In this document: in pieces, positions 15,991 through 25,147 of the stretch
Layout: each line of letters begins with the position of its first letter
Position numbering within the stretch: the first letter of the stretch is position 1
Origin: Bacteroidales bacterium
GTDB lineage: Bacteria > Bacteroidota > Bacteroidia > Bacteroidales > JAAUTT01
Length of the DNA: 64,000 bases
NCBI GenBank assembly: GCA_038213375.1
Contig: JBBQTB010000011.1
Coordinates: 54,340 to 118,339 of the forward strand
Direction: 5' to 3'
Translations under genes and position numbers: made by a program
The notes under the pieces: generated by a model
Seen by the model: the letters and a program-made list of their open reading frames with translations, nothing else
What the model was told of the DNA's origin: nothing
Database searches by the model: none

Positions 15991-18597
15991 TTATTTCAGG
16001 TAATCTGTGGGTAAATTTAAATAATTGCAAAAACCTTTTATCTTCTCTTTAGATTCGTTAAGAATAGAATCAATAATTTTTTCTAATTCATGGTCTCCCA
16101 CGATCTTAAAAACTAAATCGTTTTCAAAATTTAGTTCATTAAAAGCTATGTTTAATAATTTATTTGTTTCTGGAAATTCTTGAAATTGTGGTCGTTCCCA
16201 TCTAATCCAGTCTTTGGAGATTTTTGAAATTTTGGACTCTTGAGCAGCTTTGGTATACTTTGCTAAATCTTTATCCGTGCAATCATGAACACTCCCATTA
16301 ATGTATTTAAATCCAAAGTATATGTTATTAAAGGATTCAATTGCAAATACAACTTTTTCGTTTTCGTTAATTTTTTCTAATAGAATTTCTATTCGGGGAT
16401 ACTCATTTTTTCTTTCCCATTTATTTTGTGAAATATTATCCCATGTCACATTAAATTTTTCTTCGGCCTTTTTCTTAAGCACTACCCAAAAATTCTTCTG
16501 AATATTTCTTTTAAAAGATTCAAAATAAGTAGCTATTAGGGTAGCTGCTTTGAAGTTCTTTTCATCAGAGGCAACCAAAGATTGGATTTCATTTAAAAAT
16601 ACCGAACTCATACTTTTCCCTGTAATTTGTTTAATCGTTTTTGTATAATGTATTATAATCTGTTTTATCTGAGGATATTCATAGCAGGATACGGCACACT
16701 TTTCCAACCAATTAAGGATGTGAGTCACATATGAAATTTGATAATATTCAATATTCTTACATTTTTCGTCTCTTGATTCAGTACCAGTCAACGTAAGAAA
16801 TAGTAAGGTTTTTGACCTACACCCATTATAATTTGAATACCTTATTAATTGGTTCTCTCCTTCTTTTGCAAATACTTTGTTTTCAATAATAATTGAATGA
16901 TTATTACTATCTGTTATAATTATGTCTAAAAAGCCGCCTTTTGTTTCAGTTTTAATTCCAATAAATTTTTCAGTCTCTACACGGGCTGATGTGGTTATAA
17001 ATTTTAAAAGGTCAATTTCAGGAGGTAAACTGGAAATAAAATGCTTCAGGAAAACATCCTTCATTTGGTGTGTTCCATAAGGATTTAGTAGCTCGGCAAT
17101 GAAGCGCGAATGTAAATGAACTTCATCTGTGGTTAAATCTAATATTTCGAAAATATTAAAACCTTCTTTTTTTTCTTCTTTCTCTTTGTTATAGCTATCT
17201 AACTTAACTTCAATTTTTTCAAGAAAATCTACACTTGCCAATTTACTCGTTTTTTGTTCCAATACTTCTAATATTTTAACCATGGCCAAAGTATCCAATT
17301 TGCAATAGGCCAGTAAATCATTTCGTGTTTTTTTTATAATAGCTATATCTTTCTCGTACATTAGAGTGTAGTAGGTATTGCTGGCAATACCTCCATTGTT
17401 TATCTCAAGATCTTTGTAAGTTAACTCAGGACATAAAGAGGGCAATACTTTTTTAATAGAATAGCTTCCCTGCATATAGTCGCATGTATAATGCTTGCGT
17501 CTGAAAACAGGCATTAAATCTACAAGTCTGTCAATTATATCTTGAATTTCATTCTCATACTTAGGGAAATCACGCTTAATTTCCTTAAGCCGTGTTTTCT
17601 CGAAGGTAACATTGTACACTATAATCTGTCCGGGCAGTGGGGTATCTTTAATTAATTGTTGAATAAGTTCTTCACGAGGATCTTCTGTTGCATTTCCTAA
17701 ATACTCGAAGTGCTGTAAATCGGAATTCTTTGAAGATTTAAAGTGCAAGCTGTACTGGAAAGTAATTTGCTGATAGGGATGAGACTCGTTAAAGATCGGA
17801 ACACCTGGCATTATTGTTTCGAAATCCAGAAAGTATAAGGGATACGATAATGAATCTAAAAACTCTTTAACACCACTATGGTTGATTATTGGAGTGCGAC
17901 TCAGGGATTCAGGATCAAATTCTATTGAAGGAGGCTGAAGACTTAAGCAATAATTTCGGAAATCACATTCGTATGGCCTATTGCAGTGTTCGCCAATACT
18001 AATTTCCGGTTCAATATCAGAAGCAAGTATAACTAAAAATTCTTCAATCTTATCGCTGATACCAAGTTGCATGGGCAGAAAACGGTCAAGCACACTTTCT
18101 GTGCAAAAAAGCTCCTGAATGTTCAGGTCACCTTTTCGAACATATTGGTTGTTTAAAAACATCACTGATGCATCACTAAGATCAACACCACAGTTGGTTA
18201 CGATATAGTACTGAATAGCAGTATCAATAATATGAGCTTCTTTAACGTGGGTAGTACTCTTCATCTCAAAAAGCTGCCAGCGGCCATCCTTTCTGGAGAG
18301 AATATCAACAGCAACCAAAGTATTTTGGTAAATAAAAGTAGCTTCATAAATTGTTTCGATGCCACTTTCAATAAGATGGGCAGTGCGTTTGGCAGATTCA
18401 ATTCCGGGTATTTCGTTTTCACCAACAGCCAATATCCCATTTGGAAAATATTGCCTTGCCAATACACCAATATCCGTTCCTTGATTAAAAATTGACAATG
18501 AAGCATCATCAACAAACCTTTGATCACTTTTATGAGTATTTAGCCATAACGACTTTTGGCATTTTACACCTCTGACATATTTCGATTTTGATAGCAT
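15991..18597 (-). CDS. three-nuclease-domain fusion: DUF2779-like (Cas4-type PD-(D/E)xK + DEDD-like exonuclease) + C-terminal PD-(D/E)xK module
   Basis: N-terminal part: C13 plus CNRPYECDFRNYC (4-Cys Cas4-type cluster) and VAVDIL...LFEMKS. Middle part: YFLDFETIMPG, VYNVTFEKTRL and AYCKLDTLAM (exonuclease-like motifs I-III). C-terminal part: EVHLHSRFIAELLNPYGTHQ ... GFLDIIITDSNNHSIIIENKVFAKEGENQLIRY. Confidence 0.65.
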   Translation of the reverse strand: MLSKSKYVRGVKCQKSLWLNTHKSDQRFVDDASLSIFNQGTDIGVLARQYFPNGILAVGENEIPGIESAKRTAHLIESGIETIYEATFIYQNTLVAVDILSRKDGRWQLFEMKSTTHVKEAHIIDTAIQYYIVTNCGVDLSDASVMFLNNQYVRKGDLNIQELFCTESVLDRFLPMQLGISDKIEEFLVILASDIEPEISIGEHCNRPYECDFRNYCLSLQPPSIEFDPESLSRTPIINHSGVKEFLDSLSYPLYFLDFETIMPGVPIFNESHPYQQITFQYSLHFKSSKNSDLQHFEYLGNATEDPREELIQQLIKDTPLPGQIIVYNVTFEKTRLKEIKRDFPKYENEIQDIIDRLVDLMPVFRRKHYTCDYMQGSYSIKKVLPSLCPELTYKDLEINNGGIASNTYYTLMYEKDIAIIKKTRNDLLAYCKLDTLAMVKILEVLEQKTSKLASVDFLEKIEVKLDSYNKEKEEKKEGFNIFEILDLTTDEVHLHSRFIAELLNPYGTHQMKDVFLKHFISSLPPEIDLLKFITTSARVETEKFIGIKTETKGGFLDIIITDSNNHSIIIENKVFAKEGENQLIRYSNYNGCRSKTLLFLTLTGTESRDEKCKNIEYYQISYVTHILNWLEKCAVSCYEYPQIKQIIIHYTKTIKQITGKSMSSVFLNEIQSLVASDEKNFKAATLIATYFESFKRNIQKNFWVVLKKKAEEKFNVTWDNISQNKWERKNEYPRIEILLEKINENEKVVFAIESFNNIYFGFKYINGSVHDCTDKDLAKYTKAAQESKISKISKDWIRWERPQFQEFPETNKLLNIAFNELNFENDLVFKIVGDHELEKIIDSILNESKEKIKGFCNYLNLPTDYLK

Positions 18598-18653
18598 TCG
18601 AATCCTTCTTAAATTGATTTAACCTAATTTCCTTACAAAAGAGTCTATAATGT

Positions 18654-18983
18654 TCATTCGTATTTTAATTCGATATTTTCAAGAGCACTTAATGACTCCT
18701 TTTCTAACTGACTGATAGTGTCAAATTGCCTCTTAAGTTTCTCTATTTCAGATTGAGATACATTTTTCAAAAGCATAGCTACATCGACAGACTCAGCATA
18801 AGCAGTTATGAGCTTTCTTAATTTTTCAAAGTTTTTCACCAGCTTCTTTTGGTCCGCTTCATCAATGGTGTTCCGGGGATATAATAATTTTACCCTTTTA
18901 ATTAGTTCTGTCATCAGATTCGCTTCATCCTGAGTATAAATTAATTCATCCTTACCCTGAATGTGTTTTAAAATATTTTCCAT
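18654..18983 (-). CDS. hypothetical small coiled-coil protein (109 aa)
   Basis: Begins 8 bp after the WYL gene stop. Charged heptad-like sequence. No motif recognised. Confidence 0.5.
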   Translation of the reverse strand: MENILKHIQGKDELIYTQDEANLMTELIKRVKLLYPRNTIDEADQKKLVKNFEKLRKLITAYAESVDVAMLLKNVSQSEIEKLKRQFDTISQLEKESLSALENIELKYE

Positions 18984-18991
18984 TTCTAATA

Positions 18992-19894
18992 TTATTTATA
19001 TTGATTCAAAGTTGATTCAAGATTCTCGATAATAACCGTTCTTAAACTTTCAGGAGCAATAACTTTCAATTCATTTCCATGAGAAAGTAATTCCATCAGA
19101 AAATCATAAGTTATTTGCAGCTTTAGCTTAATCCGTAATTCATTTTCATTATCAACTATAATACTCTGAGAACGGTGTAGAGGTTGTGTTTTTATGAACT
19201 TTCCTTTTAAAGGCTGAAACGAGAGCTCTATATCTTCCGCCTTTTCATCAGATAATTTAAAAATGCCATATGAGTCTTTGAAGAAACTTTCCGGAGTTAG
19301 ATTCGGTGGTGTATCATAACTGGCCGATGCAGAAACAGGGACAGGGTCGTTAACGATTCGTTCCAATGCGTATATTTTAATCTGATTCTTCTCCTTACCA
19401 ATAACATACCATCTATTTTTATATTCCTTAACAAAATATGGTTCAATTATTCTTGTCAGAGGTGTTTCATTAACATACTTCTGATATGTAAACTCAATTC
19501 TTTTTCGGTTTTGGATAGCATCCAGCATTAATAATAAATGATTACTTCCACTTTTTCTGGGCTCTGACGCAATATAACTTTCAGCTTCTTTGAATATATG
19601 ATGTAAATTGATGTAGCGATAAGAGTCCATCAATAAGGTTGTATTTGAAGGAGTAAGCTCTTCGTCAATGAAGTAACCTTTGTGCTGGGTACTATACTTG
19701 ATTTCAACACCAAATAGATCGGTTATTTCACTTTTATCACGAATAAATGTTCGTTTTGAGAATCCGGCTTCAATGTCATCTCTAAATTCCGACTTAAAAA
19801 ATTTTTCCTCAATTTCATCATAGGAGATGTATGGCTTGTTTTTTATTAAGTCGTACAACCATAAGTAACGCTTGAAAAATGCTCGTTTTGACAT
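18992..19894 (-). CDS. WYL-domain transcriptional regulator (BrxR/CapW-like architecture)
   Basis: N-terminal wHTH-like region, then IEFTYQKY...IEPYFVKEYKNRWYVIGKEK (WYL core) and a C-terminal extension. I prefer the ATG at 19892-19894 (MSKRAFFKRY...) over the listed start at 19948. Confidence 0.75.
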   Translation of the reverse strand: MSKRAFFKRYLWLYDLIKNKPYISYDEIEEKFFKSEFRDDIEAGFSKRTFIRDKSEITDLFGVEIKYSTQHKGYFIDEELTPSNTTLLMDSYRYINLHHIFKEAESYIASEPRKSGSNHLLLMLDAIQNRKRIEFTYQKYVNETPLTRIIEPYFVKEYKNRWYVIGKEKNQIKIYALERIVNDPVPVSASASYDTPPNLTPESFFKDSYGIFKLSDEKAEDIELSFQPLKGKFIKTQPLHRSQSIIVDNENELRIKLKLQITYDFLMELLSHGNELKVIAPESLRTVIIENLESTLNQYK

Positions 19895-19916
19895 GTTCTT
19901 TATTTTTATTGCACAA

Positions 19917-19963
19917 AGTAAAACTTTGCCTACGCCAAAGAATGGCACAATTAAAGTTTTACT
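19917..19963. promoter_or_regulatory. inverted repeat upstream of the WYL1 gene (candidate operator)
   Basis: AGTAAAACTTT (19917-19927) and AAAGTTTTACT (19953-19963) are perfect 11-bp inverted repeats. They lie 23-69 bp upstream of the preferred start codon. Confidence 0.4.
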
Positions 19964-19980
19964 TCATTTTTCACAAATTA

Positions 19981-21033
19981 CTATTGCTTCAACTGGTTAT
20001 CCATCCAATTTTTAAACTTCTCTCTTTGGGTAGGGAACCAATGATTGCAAACAATATATTGGGTTCCATTTAATTCATAAAAAGTGTTGTTTTTGTAATA
20101 GCGTGTGTTCCCTGCGCTGTCGTAAAATATAGTTTCTCCAATTTCAGGAATATACTCTTTCAGTATAGGGAAACTCATTTCAAAAAGTTCAAGACAAGAA
20201 ACTTCATTTGTAAGAACTGGTGTTAGGTGAATATTTGAATTTGATAACATCCCGAGTTGAGATAATACAAAATCTTTGTTTTTAACTGGGCTTATAGTTT
20301 CTATTCTTGGCTGATCCTGAATCACTTCGTTGAAACTCTTTCGGCCCATAAATTTCACTATTCCTTTCTTTATAAATTCTTCCGCCCTGCTCTTGTAATT
20401 ATTTGTTTCCTCAAAACTATTTTTGTCTAGGAGTTCATTAGGGCCAAGTCTTCCTTGCATAAGTTGAATCGGATCGTACAATTTTAGGCAAACAGCTTTT
20501 ATAATGCCTTGGATATTGGCGTTAAGTTTATGTTGATCCTGGGGTTTGTCGAGTATAAAACCTAAATAGGTAGGTACAATAACAATATTCCAAAGGGAAG
20601 TAAAAAATAATGGATCGTCTGTTCTCGCCCAAACATGACCAATTGTGTAGTTAATTAGATTACTTGTTTTACCAGTACTAATTGAATAACCTGTGTATTC
20701 TTTAATACAGTCAACCACGTTTTTATTACCTGTTGCATCACATTCAACCCTTATTCCCCTTAAATCGTGAGTTAATTCATAATCCCTGCTGAATGTCATT
20801 GCATGTTTCCGGTTCTTGATAGCACCTACTTTACCTTGACTACAAGAAAAATTCTCCTTGATTTTCAAGGAATACCTTACAGGTAGTTGGTTATTACTTT
20901 CAATTTCTTCCAGCATTTTAACTGCACGCTCTTTGACATCCTGAGGTGTAAAGAATTTTGTACAACTTATAAAATGTTCAATAAACTTATCTTCATTCTC
21001 AAATAAGGCTACTAATGAGTTTGTTCCATTCAT
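19981..21033 (-). CDS. hypothetical protein (350 aa) with HNH-like (beta-beta-alpha-Me) signature
   Basis: NYTIGHVWARTDDPLFFTSLWNIVIVPTYLGFILD fits the H...N...(L)xxxD spacing of HNH_2-type nucleases. The rest is unassigned. Confidence 0.4.
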   Translation of the reverse strand: MNGTNSLVALFENEDKFIEHFISCTKFFTPQDVKERAVKMLEEIESNNQLPVRYSLKIKENFSCSQGKVGAIKNRKHAMTFSRDYELTHDLRGIRVECDATGNKNVVDCIKEYTGYSISTGKTSNLINYTIGHVWARTDDPLFFTSLWNIVIVPTYLGFILDKPQDQHKLNANIQGIIKAVCLKLYDPIQLMQGRLGPNELLDKNSFEETNNYKSRAEEFIKKGIVKFMGRKSFNEVIQDQPRIETISPVKNKDFVLSQLGMLSNSNIHLTPVLTNEVSCLELFEMSFPILKEYIPEIGETIFYDSAGNTRYYKNNTFYELNGTQYIVCNHWFPTQREKFKNWMDNQLKQ

Positions 21034-21072
21034 TGTGTTAAGTGTATATGGTTTAATTAAATGTAACTTTTT

Positions 21073-21687
21073 TTAAAGATTATCCAACACAAATTGAATA
21101 TCACGATTTTTGCGATTTCTTGAAACACTTATAATAGTGTCGTTGAAATATGAATATTTTTTAACATACATCACATCAACAAGTGTTTGCCAGGTATCTG
21201 GATATTTTTCGTCAATTTCCATTAGTTCCTTACTTTCTCCATTCATGATTAATAAAATCGACTTACAATTACCAAGTGCTGTGTGGATTAGTTGCTCAAC
21301 ATTATCGGAGCCGGTTTTTTCAACAACCTTTTTACGTAATGAGCTATCCAAAGTAATTGACGGAAGTAGATATTTTATTAAAAGTTTAGCCGTTGGAAAA
21401 TGGACTAATCTGAAGAGTTTAACTGTTTGTTGGAAGATTGTAAGAGCAGGCGTTGTGAATAAACTAACTTTCACCAATAAACAGTTGGGATTGATTGGAT
21501 CAGAAAAATCAAACACCAATCCGGTAGAATCTATTAAATTACGTTCCAAAGCCATGTTCTTGAACGGTATGGCTCTCTGACCAAAAATGCATTCGGCATT
21601 TTCAAAAATCAGGTTTTCAAATTCCTCAACCGATGAAAATTCTTTCGTATGATATAGCTTCTGATTATAAATTAATTCCTGGTGCAT
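21073..21687 (-). CDS. hypothetical protein (204 aa)
   Basis: ORF in the same string (39-bp gap downstream, 2-nt gap upstream). No confident motif. Confidence 0.45.
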   Translation of the reverse strand: MHQELIYNQKLYHTKEFSSVEEFENLIFENAECIFGQRAIPFKNMALERNLIDSTGLVFDFSDPINPNCLLVKVSLFTTPALTIFQQTVKLFRLVHFPTAKLLIKYLLPSITLDSSLRKKVVEKTGSDNVEQLIHTALGNCKSILLIMNGESKELMEIDEKYPDTWQTLVDVMYVKKYSYFNDTIISVSRNRKNRDIQFVLDNL

Positions 21688-21689
21688 AT

Positions 21690-21989
21690 TTAAGACATTA
21701 CAACTTTGGTTTGACGTATTGCAAGTGTTTCGGTAAGTTTATATTTAGGCATACTTCTGGAAATACTGTTTTCATTTTCAAAATCCTGGATAGTAAGAAA
21801 TTTCAGAATTGCAATTTTTTGTAATTTTTGATAAGCAATCCTTCTGTTGCTGCCATTTTCGTATATCAAACTAACCATTTGTTTTGCCTTTCCGGAAACA
21901 TCATTTATTTGATACGTTCGCCCCATACATATTTTATTTTCATGAATGCACTTTACCCATGCATCCGGAATAAAAGGATGTTTATTCAT
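21690..21989 (-). CDS. hypothetical protein (99 aa)
   Basis: First gene of the three-gene string. Divergent from WYL2 across a 65-bp gap. Confidence 0.4.
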   Translation of the reverse strand: MNKHPFIPDAWVKCIHENKICMGRTYQINDVSGKAKQMVSLIYENGSNRRIAYQKLQKIAILKFLTIQDFENENSISRSMPKYKLTETLAIRQTKVVMS

Positions 21990-22054
21990 ATACTTTATTA
22001 TTTATATTTACAATGCAATAATACATCACCGAGATGTAACCTATTTACCGGATT

Positions 22055-23089
22055 ATGCCAAGTAATAAAAATGCACTGCTTCGTTATAAAATTCTTGACA
22101 AATTATTCAGATTAGCAGCTAATAAAAATAATTTTAGAGGTTTTACTTTAAAGGAATTAAAGGGCGAAATAAGGGAATCATTAAGTTATGATATAAGTGA
22201 GGAATCCATTAAAAAGGATATACAATTCCTAAGAAATGAGGGTAAACTGCCCATAACAAAAAGAACAGGTTTTTATAAATATGAGGATTCTTCCTGTTCC
22301 TTCTTTTATCCGCCCTTAAATGAAAGGCACTTAAGAGCACTTGAGTTTGCCGGAAGTATGCTGAAACGTTATAAAAATGCAGAAATATTCAAGGATGTTT
22401 GTGAAGCTATTGATATAATCAACAAGTCTTATCATCGTGATAGCGAAAATAACACCCAGAATGTTGATTTCGAGCAAAGAATAATTGACAGAGGTATTAA
22501 GCATGTACTGACCATTAATGATGCGATTAGAGATTTAAAACAGATAAGGTTTACTTATTTCAAGCTTTACAGTAAAGAAGGAACAATAAGAACGCTAAAT
22601 CCTCTCTTATTGAAAGAATCTTCGGAAATGTGGTATGTTATAGGAAGAGAGCCAGGAAAAAAGATTGACAGGGTATTTGCTCTTGATAGAATTCAGGAGC
22701 TGGAAATTCTGGAACAGGACAGTACTTATGGAACACCTTTGCCCGTTGATTATTTTAATAATGTATTTGGAATATCTATACCTGAAAAACAAGCCTTACC
22801 TGAAGAAATAATACTTTCTTTTAAAAGTTCCGATGCGGAAATTGTTAAGACTAAACCAATACATCCCACACAGCAAGTTATTTACGATGATGGAAGTGAA
22901 ATCAGGGTAAAAATAATGGTGTATTATGAAAAGGAAATCTCAATAGAACTTAAGCGGGAATTGTTAAAGTGGGGCGATAGTGTTGAGATAATCCATCCCG
23001 AAAGATTAAGAAAAGACTTAGTGAAAGCCTGGAAAGCTGCAATTAAGAAAAATGAAAGTTTTAGTAAACCTGGAAAGGAAAATAACTAG
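22055..23089 (+). CDS. WYL-domain transcriptional regulator (second copy)
   Basis: IRFTYFKLYSKEGTIRTLNPLLLKESSEMWYVIGREPGKK aligns with the WYL core of the 18992-19894 protein. Has an N-terminal wHTH-like region. Confidence 0.75.
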   Translation: MPSNKNALLRYKILDKLFRLAANKNNFRGFTLKELKGEIRESLSYDISEESIKKDIQFLRNEGKLPITKRTGFYKYEDSSCSFFYPPLNERHLRALEFAGSMLKRYKNAEIFKDVCEAIDIINKSYHRDSENNTQNVDFEQRIIDRGIKHVLTINDAIRDLKQIRFTYFKLYSKEGTIRTLNPLLLKESSEMWYVIGREPGKKIDRVFALDRIQELEILEQDSTYGTPLPVDYFNNVFGISIPEKQALPEEIILSFKSSDAEIVKTKPIHPTQQVIYDDGSEIRVKIMVYYEKEISIELKRELLKWGDSVEIIHPERLRKDLVKAWKAAIKKNESFSKPGKENN

Positions 23090-23093
23090 TCAC

Positions 23094-23696
23094 ATGGGAA
23101 CATCGCTTTGCCCTATTGGTAACCACAAAATTGAGTTTAAGGATAAAATATATGAAGTCCTTGCCAATGAAATTAAAGAAAAGCTGGATGGGATAATATT
23201 TGAAAACGCAGCTTTCTTCAAAGAAGTGGCTTTGAAAGAAAATAGCCATCATCCGGATTCTATTTTCCGAATCAATGAAAAAAATGTATGGACATTTTTT
23301 CCGGAGGATGAATATTACAATTTTGCTGAGGACAAGTTCCTGACCTTCGATGGTCCTTTTGAGCTGCATTTATGGATGGATGCTTATACCCTGATGTTTT
23401 TTGACCCTTCCTCCAGGTATTGGGAGTGGTTGGAAATGACTGATGAAGATCGCTTTGAATGGCGGAAGTATTATTATCAGGTACTCCTAACTTTGGGCGG
23501 TGATAGGGTAATTTACCTGGCAGATAATTCTCATCCGCTTGATGGATTTAATTACCTGGAAATTCCTTTTGAGGAAATTGAGCTAAAATTGACCGAGGCG
23601 TTTGGTGAACCGAAGAAAACTTTTGAAGAAGTGGCCAGTAATTATAAAACAGCGTTTTATGTAGATCGGTTTGAAGATTTCAAAGAAGCTGATTGA
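23094..23696 (+). CDS. hypothetical acidic protein (~200 aa)
   Basis: The ATG at 23094 lies 4 nt after the WYL2 stop, and I prefer it over the listed overlapping start at 23052. No motif recognised. Confidence 0.45.
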   Translation: MGTSLCPIGNHKIEFKDKIYEVLANEIKEKLDGIIFENAAFFKEVALKENSHHPDSIFRINEKNVWTFFPEDEYYNFAEDKFLTFDGPFELHLWMDAYTLMFFDPSSRYWEWLEMTDEDRFEWRKYYYQVLLTLGGDRVIYLADNSHPLDGFNYLEIPFEEIELKLTEAFGEPKKTFEEVASNYKTAFYVDRFEDFKEAD

Positions 23697-23706
23697 AATA
23701 TTCGTA

Positions 23707-24177
23707 TTATTCTGCAATTTTATTCTTGGAATCTAGGAATCTGAACAAATAGTAAAACATAGCCTTTTCCAATTGCGATAACACATTACCTGAGGAAAGC
23801 AATCTTGTGAGTGAGGTCTTATCAATATTTAGCAATTTACCCAGGTTCTTAATACTCAGTTCAAGTTCTTCCATTTCAGTAAGTACTTTTTCGCTGGTGT
23901 AATCTTCAATTTTGTCTTTCACAAATGGAATTGGGTGAACATGAACGACTCTGGGAGCCAGTGTATCCATAAATAATCCCTTAACGAGTTCAATCAATTC
24001 CTTTTTTGTGAGATAATTATTATCAGGCTTTTCTTTTTGAACAACCCTGATGATTACTTCATTGTCTGCAACTTCCTTAATTGAAAAGTAAATTTGTTCG
24101 TTTTTATAAGGATCTACAAAAGAGGTTATCTTCTTTTTAAGATCTTCTGGAATTGGTAGGAGTTCAAATCCTTTCAT
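23707..24177 (-). CDS. hypothetical protein (156 aa) with C-terminal HTH-like segment
   Basis: LGKLLNIDKTSLTRLLSSGNVLSQLE looks like an HTH. Lies downstream of the truncated ORF at 24313-25104. Confidence 0.4.
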   Translation of the reverse strand: MKGFELLPIPEDLKKKITSFVDPYKNEQIYFSIKEVADNEVIIRVVQKEKPDNNYLTKKELIELVKGLFMDTLAPRVVHVHPIPFVKDKIEDYTSEKVLTEMEELELSIKNLGKLLNIDKTSLTRLLSSGNVLSQLEKAMFYYLFRFLDSKNKIAE

Positions 24178-24312
24178 TTTTATTATTTAAATTCCAATAG
24201 AGAATATTTAATTATAATTCACACTGGTACATTTCAGGATCTCTTATGAGATCAAATCTTACAACCCTCAGAACGAGAGAGTTTTTGCTACTATTATTTT
24301 AGCGAAAGGGGA

Positions 24313-25104
24313 TTATTTTTTCTTTATCAAATTATCGAAAATAATTTTAGCTTCATTCCAGAAAATAGACCTAAATTCCATATTTTGCTTGGGAGTAAGA
24401 GTATTAGGAACCTTTCCTATATGCGTATTTTTTTCAGAATTTACTACGCCAACTTCAAATACTTTTGGTCGTCCTTTGAACTCAGCCTTAATTTGAATAA
24501 ACAGGGATTCCTTTTTATGTTCATATTCGTAAGTCATTGCTGTAAAACGATAACCACTATTTTCTAATTGTTTAACAAATGGATTTTCTCTCAAATTTTT
24601 CCCTTCTAATATGGCTTGAGTAATGCCAGTATCTTCAATGTCTTCAATCGTTTCTTCCTCTTCCTCATTTTCAACTAATTCTCCTTTTTCTTTTTTGTCT
24701 TTTTTGAAAGTCAACTGTTTCACATCAACCAAACGCCAGGCTGCACCCAACCCCTTTTTTGCTAAATCATCAAAAAAATGAATTGTTTGCGGAGCTGATA
24801 GAATATCTTGTTCTAAAAGTTCAATTTTTACTAAATCGTGCTGAATATTATTGTCCAAAAGTTCTCTTAGTTCACGGCTGTCTGTTGATTTGTTGCAATC
24901 AACTTCAACTTGCCATATACCCTTTTCTTTCTCATATAAGAAAAAATCAAAAGAACCAGTTTCATCCTGTAGGAGTTCGATGCGACCAACTTTCTTTTTT
25001 GTATACTGAAGCGAGCCTTTATATTTGTTATCCTTTTTAATGAGTTGGCCTAATACTAAATCTTTGCTAAAATCGCCGTTAGTTCTTTTAAGCTCCCCCC
25101 ACTC
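24313..25104 (-). pseudogene. 5'-truncated gene of unknown function, cut by the IS3-family element
   Basis: The listed ORF starts at a TTG. My translation shows the frame stays open a further 82 codons upstream (24859-25104) with no ATG, GTG or TTG. It runs into the IS terminal sequence, with an in-frame stop at 25105-25107. Confidence 0.6.
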
Positions 25105-25147
25105 CTAGGACAGGTTAAAATAAATATAATATATGATGATGTAAACT

